NCBI RefSeq assembly: GCF_037042905.1
Contig: NC_087257.1
Location: 14,632,001-14,696,000 of the forward strand
DNA: 64,000 bases
Direction: 5' to 3'
DNA from: Lytechinus pictus
Taxonomy: Eukaryota
Under the pieces are notes generated by a model that was given only the letters and a program-made list of their open reading frames with translations, ran no database searches and was not told the origin of the DNA. The position numbers and the translations under genes are program-made. Shown one piece after another: positions 54,196 through 64,000 of this stretch. The first letter of the stretch is position 1, and the number at the start of each line of letters is the position of its first letter.

Positions 54196-55066
54196 CTGTA
54201 AATTTGAAAACATCGCGAAGCATTATGACCGGATAAAAGCAAAATTAATGAGCCATGACTCTCTAATCCTTACCCTGCCCACGATAATTGACATATTTAG
54301 GCATCTATTCATGAAGTATGAAGTATGGCGCCGTCTATATAATAGACAAATATACATGAAAAGTGGGACACAATTTGAGAATGGTAACATTTCAAAATAT
54401 AAATTTAAAAATCCCTTTTATCAAAATAGGTTGCGGCTACCATGTTTCCAATATCATAATCTGCAAGGTCGTGACTCTCGAAATTGAAAAGGGAAATCAT
54501 CAAAAGCCTAGTATTAGACGATTGATGGTAGTTTTGCATTAGATTTTATTATATGAGGCAGACATAGCTTTCCCGATGGGAGTCATCTGTGACGAACAGT
54601 GTTTTAATTCATGATAATTTCATTTCAAATGAACAATGTTAAAATATCATAACATACAAAAGAGAGTTGATTGAAAAAATAATATAATCACATGAAAATC
54701 AAATACTACAAAAATAGGGACTACAAAGAACGATCAAAGAAACAAAACAGTCATAATTATGTAGACCGAATATGGAGTTATTGCTGAAAGCCAACATGGC
54801 CAAAGACGCTTATCATGGGTAAAACAAGGATAAGATTGAAAAAAATGATTGATAAATAAATGAATTACAATATGAGAGAAACGAGAGAAAGGAAACAAGA
54901 GTCGGAAGAATATAGGGAAAACAATATTTTAACAAAATGCACACAATTATGAGCTTTGTCTTTATGCTTTAATACTGACAATCTTGAACATGATTTAAGT
55001 TCATCTGGAATATTGTTCCATCCATCATTTCGATCGAATGAAAATAAAAATGGTGGTTCGGTTTAC

Positions 55067-55121
55067 CTTTATCTGAGATAAACTCTACGAAGAATTCATC
55101 CCAAGTATACTTTAGAAGGGG
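55067..55121 (-). pseudogene. SULT-B truncated exon 4 remnant (last 55 of 268 nt)
   Basis: PLLKYTWDEFFVEFISDK+G|gtaaac aligns with SULT-A PLPTYTWHEFFEEFIADR. The KTH and RNPKD..VS segments are absent from 55122-55423. Confidence 0.75.
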
Positions 55122-55423
55122 CTATATACAAAACAATATTTTTATTCCGAGGTATACATGGAATATGGGAAATAATTGGAGAATGAGGGGGTCATGTACA
55201 TATTCACCAAAACTTTGGTTATTCATTTAAATGAGTGTGAATTTATTAAGGGGTAAAAGTCCTAAACGATTGAAAATCCCTCACAGAATGGAGTAACAGG
55301 TAACCCTGCATACAGGTTCCACGGGCAAATCTGTGATCGGTGATTCTAAGAACTTCCCTACTACAATAAAAAAGGTGGCGCTAAATATTACCAACAACGG
55401 TTTAAAAGTGAATGTTTTCTTAC

Positions 55424-55551
55424 TCCCATCTTGTCCTCTAAAGTGCATGTCTCCAAGTAAGGAACCATCGTGATGATGTGCTTTCCTTCGAAGAATGAGA
55501 GATCACCTTCAAGCCGTACTAACATAGCAATCTGCTGGAGCCAGGTAGTTC
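55424..55551 (-). CDS. SULT-B exon 3
   Basis: GTTWLQQIAMLVRLEGDLSFFEGKHIITMVPYLETCTLEDKMG|gtaaga; 128 nt. Confidence 0.85.
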
Positions 55552-55769
55552 CTGTTCACAAGAAAATAAAATGTGTGCCCAAGTTCATTAATTTGTCCAT
55601 TATTTGAATAATTAAGAATTATGTCGATGTATAATTCAATTCGGGAGCATCTCGAGTGACTCTTATTGTTGCTTGTTATCTCTGCAACATATTGTTAAAG
55701 TCATGCATTGTTTTAATCATACAAAAATTGTTTTTGTTTTTTTATTTCGGAAACACATCTAACTTAGTT

Positions 55770-58560
55770 TCGCATAATGAAGACCATGGGCTTTATGGGA
55801 GCAGGAAGTCATACTCCCAATTCCCTGAAGGGAGTGTAAAATTCTGTCGCATACTGGCGACCATGGGTTTGAAGGGAGTGTAGAATCATGTCGCATAATG
55901 GCGACCGTGGGTTTGAAGGGACTGTAGAATTCTGTCGCATAATGGCGACCATGGGTTTGAAGGGAGTGTAGAATCCTGTCGCATAATGGAGACCATGGGT
56001 TTGAAGGGAGTGTAGAATCCTGTCGCATAATGGCGACCATGGGTTTGAAGGGAGTGTAGAATCCTGTCGCATAATGAAGACCATGGGTTTGAAGGGAGTG
56101 TAGAATTCTGTCGTTTAATGGCGACTATGGGTTTGAAGGGAGTGTAGAATCCTGTTGCATAATGGCGACTATGGGTTTGAAGGGAGTGTAGAATCCTGTC
56201 GCATAATGGCGACTATGGGTTTGAAGGGAGTGTAGAATCCTGTCGCATAATGGCGACTATGGGTTTGAAGGGAGTGTAGAATTCTGTCGCATAATGGCGA
56301 CCATGGGTTTGAAGGGAGTGTAGAATTCTGTCGCATAATGGCGACCATGGGTTTGAAGGGAGTGTAGAATCCTGTCGCATAATGGCGACTATGGATTTGA
56401 AGGGAGTGTAGAATTCTGTCGCATAATGGCGACCATGGGTTTGAAGGGAGTGTAGAATCCTGTCGCATAATGGCGACCATGGGTTTGAAGGGAGTGTAGA
56501 ATCCTGTCGCATAATGGCGACCATGGGTTTGAAGGGAGTGTAGAATCCTGTCGCATAATGGCGACTATGGGTTTGAAGGGAGTGTAGAATTCTGTCGCAT
56601 AATGGCGACCATGGGTTTGAAGGGAGTGTAGAATCATGTCGCATAATGGCGACCGTGGGTTTGAAGGGACTGTAGAATTCTGTCGCATAATGGCGACCAT
56701 GGGTTTGAAGGGAGTGTAGAATCCTGTCGCATAATGGAGACCATGGGTTTGAAGGGAGTGTAGAATCCTGTCGCATAATGGCGACCATGGGTTTGAAGGG
56801 AGTGTAGAATCCTGTCGCATAATGAAGACCATGGGTTTGAAGGGAGTGTAGAATTCTGTCGTTTAATGGCGACTATGGGTTTGAAGGGAGTGTAGAATCC
56901 TGTTGCATAATGGCGACTATGGGTTTGAAGGGAGTGTAGAATCCTGTCGCATAATGGCGACTATGGGTTTGAAGGGAGTGTAGAATCCTGTCGCATAATG
57001 GCGACTATGGGTTTGAAGGGAGTGTAGAATTCTGTCGCATAATGGCGACCATGGGTTTGAAGGGAGTGTAGAATTCTGTCGCATAATGGCGACCATGGGT
57101 TTGAAGGGAGTGTAGAATCCTGTCGCATAATGGCGACTATGGATTTGAAGGGAGTGTAGAATTCTGTCGCATAATGGCGACCATGGGTTTGAAGGGAGTG
57201 TAGAATCCTGTCGCATAATGGCGACCATGGGTTTGAAGGGAGTGTAGAATCCTGTCGCATAATGGCGACCATGGGTTTGAAGGGAATGTAGAATCCTGTC
57301 GCACTATGAAGACCATGGGTTTGAAGGGAGTGTATAGAATCCTGCCGCATAATAAAGACCATGGGTTTGAAGGGAGTGTAGAATCCTGTCGCATAATGGC
57401 GACCATGGGTTTGAAGGGAGTGTAGAATCCTGCCGCATAAAGGCGACCATGGGTTTGAAGGGAGTGTATAGAATCCTGCCGTATAATGGCGACCGTGGGT
57501 TTGAAGGGAGTGTAGAATCCTGTCGCATAATGGCGATCATGGGTTTGAAGGGAGTGTAGAATTCTGTTGCATAATGAAGACCATGGGTTTGAAGGGAGTG
57601 TATAGAATCCTGCCGCATAATGAAGACCATGGGTTTGAAGGGAGTGTAGAATCCTGTCGCATAATGGCGACCATGGGTTTGAAGGGAGTGTAGAACCCAG
57701 TCGCATAATGGCGACCATGGGTTTGAAGGGAGAGTAGAATTTTGTCGTATAATGGCGACTATGGGTTTGAAAGGAGTGTAGAATCCTGTCGCATAATGGC
57801 GACCGTGGGTTTGAAGGGAGTGTATAGAATCCTGTCGCATAATGAAGACCTATGTTTGAAGGGAGTGTAGAATCCAGTCGCATAATTGCGACCATAGGTT
57901 TGAAGGGAGTGTAGAATCCTGTCGCATAATGGCGACTATGGGTTTGAAGGGAGTGTAGAATCCTGTCGCATAATGGCGACCATGGGTTTGAAGGAAGTGT
58001 AGAATCCTGCCGCATAATGGCGACCATGGGTTTGAAGGGAGTGTAGAATCCTGTCGTATAATGGCGACCATGGGTTTGAAGGGAGTGTAGAATTCTGTCG
58101 TTTAATGGCGACTATGGGTTTGAAGGGAGTGTAGAATCCTGTTGCATAATGGCGACTATGGGTTTGAAGGGAGTGTAGAATCCTGTCGCATAATGGCGAC
58201 TATGGGTTTGAAGGGAGTGTAGAATCCTGTCGCATAATGGCGACTATGGGTTTGAAGGGAGTGTAGAATTCTGTCGCATAATGGCGATCATGGGCTTGAA
58301 GGGAGTGTAGAATCCTGTCGCATAATGGCGACCATGGGTTTGAAGGGAGTGTAGAATCCTGCCGCATAATGGCGATCATGGGTTTGAAGGGAGTGTATAG
58401 AATCCTGCCGCATAATGGCGATCATGGGTTTGGAGGGAGTGTAGAATCCTGCCGCATAATGACGACCATGGGTTTGAAGGGAGTGTAGAATCCTGTCGCA
58501 TAATGGCGATCATGGGTTTGAAGGGAGTGTAGAATCATATCGCATTAAGGCCACCATGGG
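55770..58560. repeat. 44-bp tandem satellite, about 62 units, in SULT-B intron 2
   Basis: Unit GTCGCATAATGGCGACCATGGGTTTGAAGGGAGTGTAGAATCCT, repeated head to tail with no unique spacers; some 46-bp variants. Confidence 0.97.
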
Positions 58561-58640
58561 GCCTAAAAGGGGGTTCTGAATCTTCGTCATAAGATGAAAA
58601 TGAGCCTGAACTGGCTTTTGCATGTCTAAGTTATACTTAC

Positions 58641-58829
58641 CTGCTTTGAGGTAACTGATGACGTACACATCATCCGGACGAAGTTTGAATCGTTTCGTCT
58701 GCTCGATGCCTTTCTTTGTGATGTAATATATCATGGCCACATTCTCGTACTCGTAGCATACTTTGGCGACATGGGCCGGTGACTTGGCGAGGAGCGCAGA
58801 CATCTCCCCGGTCCAACATTCTACAGCAT
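58641..58829 (-). CDS. SULT-B exon 2
   Basis: DAVECWTGEMSALLAKSPAH...KRFKLRPDDVYVISYLKA+G|gtaagt; 189 nt; YPK is changed to YLK. Confidence 0.85.
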
Positions 58830-61493
58830 CTGGGATAGAATACAATATGTATTGTGTTAATGTAATAAACATGGAGAGCATATAGTGAATCAACACCTAA
58901 GTTTTATCTTTTAAGTGCGGTACAGCTAGCTTAGGTGTTGGCAAACACACTTTACAAAATTTCAAATTTAGGGGCTTGTTAATGTTAATGGACAATGTAC
59001 TGTATATATATATATATATTTGTGGTTTATCATGAAGTTATGGTAGGACTTCTACGACTTGTTATCCTTTAAAAACTGAGTTAATTTGTTAGGTTGTTTT
59101 CGCTCATTTCATCATGTTTAATATAGGCCAATGTAAATCATCGGTTCATGATAAGGACAAACGAGATATGGTTAGGTCTATTCATTTTTACTTTTCTCTT
59201 TCAATGTTTTTCTTGACAATTGTTTTCTTGATTATGTTATCATGACTATAATAGTACAATCTGCCACACTGTTATGTTGAGATATTATATGTATTATATA
59301 GGCCTACGCAATATAACTACACCGTCATGTTATAGATACTTATATACTCATTTTGGCGATTCTTTATAATTCGCACTGATCGAATGCATAGTACCCGCAG
59401 TACATGAACTTGAGGTTGGTAACGGAACCATATAACTCGATGGAAGTTAAATGCTATATTTTTTTTATTGAGGTTTACCTTCCACTATGCTGGTAGGCAG
59501 AGGTGGCGACGGTGTATTCCGATAGGGGAAGGTTTTGAATTTCTTGTGGAGGTATGAGAGAGTGAATCCAACTTTCCGTTAGGGAATAGAGAAAATGAAT
59601 GTTTGCTTGCAATGTTATTTGATCTATCGCTACATTCATATTTTTACAGTCCAACCAGCTCTAGAGAAAACCTGTATAGAAAGACTATATACCTCTCTAT
59701 AAAGATGATAATTTGGTTTTTCCTTTTATCAGTGACATAATGAGCATGATTATGATGATGATGATGATGGTGGTGGTGAAAGTGATAGCGTATAACAAAA
59801 ATAAAGCTACGGGACTACAGGAGCGAAGCGAACGAGTGAAAATAATTACTTTTTTCCTTTCCTATTTTTTCTTTTGTTTCTCCCTTTTTGACTTGCAATT
59901 TTCTGTTAATATTTTTTTGGGGGGCGAGCCCTTTTCGTATTGTTACACTTGTTTACACCCTATGGTAGCAGATTTTCAAGTTCTCAGGGTGCAGAACAAT
60001 TTGTATTCCTAAAAGGTATAACACTAGACCCTTTTAAGGGTGGAAATGTAGATTGCTGCGCCCCTATAAGTGAACGAAGTTTCTTGGGATGTACCAAACA
60101 TCCCAAAAGGCGGTTTTATTGTGACATTTGAAGTTTGCGGAATAAGACCCATTTTTCTTAGCGTGTACCTGATATACCAAGGCCCATCCAGAGCCATCGC
60201 TTAATTAGGTCGCCTAAAAACTTTACTCGTGTCTCTCTTTTGTAGCAATTTACGCTATATTTATATTTCAACCCCCCCCCTCAAGAAATGGTGGGTAAAC
60301 GTGAGCGGGAGGGCAGAATAAAAAACGAAATAAAGAGAAGACAATGGGAAGCATAAAACATAATTAAAGTTTATAATAATAATAATAAAAATAACAATAT
60401 ACAAAAAGCTATAAAGCGCTTTATACGAAAGTTTCAAAGCGCTAAGAAAGAAGGGGGGAATACAATATATATCAGTAAAAGAACAACAAAGAAACTGAAA
60501 GTGAAAACACCGTTACGAAAAATAAATCTATCTTACGAGTCAAGAACTATAACAAGAAGCTAACGGCGTGAAAACCTAGAATGGGCGCCGCCATCAGCTC
60601 CCACCCTCACCCCTCCCTACTTTGAGATGTTGAAAGGGGCCAACTTGTAGCTCTGCCCAGGAGCACTTTTTCTAGATACGCCAAGGGTAGTAAGTTATCA
60701 TTTTAAGTAACAATGGTGATGGAGTTGCGTTATCATCACAGGTAGACATAATAATCATGATAATGTTTGCTATATCTGTACTTTAACAACATTCAATATG
60801 CAATCATTGACTTTTCCAAGGCCCTTGGAAGCGGGGGTGAGCTGCACCCCCCAAGATTTTCTTTGGGGATGCTGCGTGTATTATTCTTCATATAGGCAGC
60901 ACCCTCTGGAATTATATGTGTGACAAATTGGAGAAATGTAACAAAAAGGGCCAACATTTTTTTGCTTGTCAAATTTCTCGCGACCAAAATGACCTTCATT
61001 TTTTTTAGGGGATTGATCATTTTTTTTTCCTTGTCAAATTTACATCAGCATCCCCCGTAAAAAACATCGCTCAGTTTGGAGCGTATGATGTTTGCGTGAC
61101 TGTAGCATTATTTAACTTGTTAAACACCAAGGTTTTCCAGAGGGGGGGGGGACATTTTGCAGAGAAAAATTGGATAAGTAATAAAATAAAGGTTTAAAAA
61201 AAATACATAAATTTTTACCAACTTTAAATTTGAAAAGCAAAAAATAACCCAGTCCTCACTTGTGCGTGGATGACATATTCACAATACAAATATTTCCTAT
61301 GACTCTCAAAAGGGGGGCATGGGCCGGATGTGCCCCCCCCCCTGGATCCGCCACTTTTAAACACAATTGCCTGGAGTTCAAGATCAAAGCATACTTGCAC
61401 TTTGCCATGTTTTCTCCGACGAGAAATATACAATACCGTAATGTTTACATGCTATATGCGGCGTATTAAGGCAACACTTATCAAAATGTTTAC

Positions 61494-61509
61494 CTTTCCT
61501 TTCAGCCAT
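61494..61509 (-). CDS. Sulfotransferase paralog SULT-B exon 1 (MAERK)
   Basis: ATG GCT GAA AGG AAA G|gtaaac, homologous to 48054-48069. Confidence 0.7.
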
Positions 61510-63697
61510 ATCTCTGAATAAGCAGCATACAGTGTGCACTCTGGTAGCAGTCCGCACTGAATGCCACTGATTCAAATGCAGCTATAAGGTTTGGGATCTT
61601 TCGAGCCTTCTTAGACTTTATCCAATCACAAAATGACAGAACACGAATGGAAATGTGATCCATATCCGTTTGATAATATTATAAATATTCACCAAAGTGA
61701 CTATCTCATTTTCATTTTCTCCGAGTGCCAGCATCTTTGATAAACCCATGGACCCTATACGATTTCCCAGATAGGACTCGATTGGATTATGAATTTTACA
61801 TATCATTATAATGAGAAAATTCTTTTTCCATGAAATATGGATCTGGCTCTATTTGATCTTTCCAAGTCGAGGGGAGATCGCCTAAACCATCACCGACATG
61901 AAAAAGAAAGAAATATTCACAATTTTTCTTAGCGTCTGGAAGCTAACATGATTCTTTGTTTAAACTTCCATATTTGATAAATTTGACCATAATAAAGAAA
62001 ATGATGAACGATTAACAAGCATCATTGCATACAAACAACTATAAAGACTACTGTGGGGACTGTAAAAAAAAAGGGGAAAAATATTTCTTCCTTCAGGGAC
62101 CGATAACTAGGAGGACATGGAAACGCTTTCATGGCTTTTGACCAAAGCTTGCACGCGAAATCTTCTGGTTTTGTCAAATCTCTAGGTTTGAGATTGGAAC
62201 TATATCTTCCCAGAAGTTAGTTCTAGTCCTTATTTAACGTACCTAAGATAGAAAATGCACTCGTTATTCATGCATGCGAATATGCGATCTTTATACACAC
62301 AGGAACATGAAAATTTATAATCTTTAATTTCATCTAGATCACGGGCGCACAGATCTGTTTGGGGGGCCATGCACCCCATACAATTTTCATGACAAAAAAA
62401 GAGAGAGAGAGAGAGAAATAAAGGCAGGAAAGGAAGGGAAAAGTTTTGAAATTTGAATTGATTTAATGAATCATTATGTCAGTCTAACAGAAAATTAGAG
62501 TTTGGTATGAAAAGAGTCATTTTCATGCTTGCTTTGCTCGCTCTCAGATCATTAAAAAGTGTTTGCGTTCCCATACGCCATTTTGACCCCCTCAATTTTT
62601 TTTTTTTGGGGGGGGGCTCGTTACGCTACTGATATTCTAGGTTGGGTTGGCATCCCCCCCCCCCCGCTTTCTTTTGTCTGATAGACTATAGGCCTATCAT
62701 TATTGTCATCATTGCTTTTATACGATGCTTTTTCATGTATTGAATGGACTTTGACTCATGTTTATCAACGTTTGTTTGTGCTAGGTTTTGTGAGTGCTCT
62801 TATCAATTGCCACTTTGGCCAGCGCACGTAGTTTAGTTTGCTTAACTTCCACTTTAAAAATCAGAGGGTGAGAAGATGTTTAAGACATGGGGGTCTGTCT
62901 CATAAAAAGGCGTTTGTAAGTTACGAATGACTTTACGAAGGGATTGATCAGGTTTTCTGAAGCTAAAACAGTTTTTCTTTAACTTCAATCCCCGTCAGCT
63001 AAAGCTGAATTTTAAAGATTGAAATTTTGATATAAAGTTGATTGGGCTTATTTGCCAAATGAAATCGGGCTAGGCCTATATAGTAAGTTCGGTCCCACTT
63101 TGTTGATACACATTTTTAGTCATTCCTGTCATTTAAAGGGCCCCTCTGTAAAACAGCGTTGATAATTATGTTATCAACGCTGAGTAGGGCAATCCCTCCG
63201 TCTTTTTAATGATCATTTCTTTGTAATTGTAAATATAATATCGTTGTTATTTTTCTTAATTGACGGAAAATAAATACAATACAATACAATGAGCATGTTT
63301 AGCACAAACATACATGGGTCGTTCGTAAGATAATCCGTAACAACTTAAATTCCGTGTGCACATTTGTTAGGCCATTTCAGCTATGTTTTCGGTGTGACGT
63401 CATTCATGGGGTGCAACCACTGAACTGGAAATCGTTTTTCCAGTTCAGTGGGTGCAACCATGAGAGGTGGAAACCTTAGGTCTATTTCTTTAAGGCCACT
63501 CGATCGTTGTCGACGGGATCCATAGTCTAAATGTGTGAACGTGCATGGGCATCACATTCTTTGATCTCAAACCAGTAATACAGAAGGTAGTATTAGGCAT
63601 AATATCGGAAAGTCACTGTTTTTGTCATATATTGCCCAACTTAGCAGGAGTAATTGGGGGTTTCGACAACTGGCGAGAGAAGTGTTGCCTTCCAAAA

Positions 63698-63713
63698 ATG
63701 TCTACAGCTAAAG
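63698..63713 (+). CDS. Candidate first coding mini-exon (MSTAK) of a divergently oriented gene continuing out of the window
   Basis: AAAA-ATG TCT ACA GCT AAA G|GTAAGT: good start context and a consensus donor. CRE-type TGACGTCA at ~63395. Confidence 0.35.
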
Positions 63714-64000
63714 GTAAGTCAGCAAAACCGTACCATTTAATCTGACACAGGAGTAAAGATGGGGCTAGGGATGGAAGGGGGGGGGGGCTTTTTAGCTTGA
63801 TTAAAGGGACTTCAGAGACTTCCCAAAGTTCTACGACCAACATTATGGCCAAGAAAAGGTAAGAAGAAAAGGAAAAAGGGATAATAAACATTATTTCTAC
63901 ATATCTATCACAAAAATAATTTTTTAAATTCCAGGTTTTCGCTCGCTCCAACTTTTTATAAAGTTATTCGGCCTCCTCAAAATGTTTGACTAGATCGTTA

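Noticed and set aside
55770-58560. CRISPR-like array or repeat-protein ORFs (up to 296 aa)
   Set aside because: The units are contiguous with no unique spacers, there are no cas genes, and the context is a eukaryotic intron. The ORFs are by-products of a 44-bp unit cycling through three frames.

Overview
AT-rich, intron-containing animal DNA. The repeat landscape suggests a marine invertebrate, probably a sea urchin; this is an inference. Most of the listed ORFs are spurious, so I rebuilt genes by hand from GT-AG exons. All four main genes are on the minus strand. (1) The 5' end of an LRRFIP1/2-like gene: coding exons 21892-22044 and 7692-7778, a 14-kb first intron, and the gene continuing off the left edge. 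(2) A 3-exon, ~377-aa atypical rhodopsin-class GPCR (30992-34042) with an RTE-type LINE relic in intron 1. (3) An intact 7-exon cytosolic sulfotransferase, 'SULT-A' (38238-48069, 329 aa). (4) A tandem paralog, 'SULT-B' (52933-61509), which has lost most of its catalytic exon yet can still splice in frame, and whose intron 2 holds a 2.8-kb 44-bp satellite. The rest is MITEs (many TTAA-flanked, Kolobok-like), SINEs, LINE fragments and two N gaps. The most notable observations are a SINE-like element with a 7SL/Alu-domain head; abundant TA-to-TACATGTA insertions (transposon-footprint-like) confined to the LRRFIP gene body and replaced by TAGGCCTA elsewhere; a frame-preserving pseudo-sulfotransferase; a 700-bp intronic palindrome; and a 33-bp TIR-only element with an 8-bp TSD.
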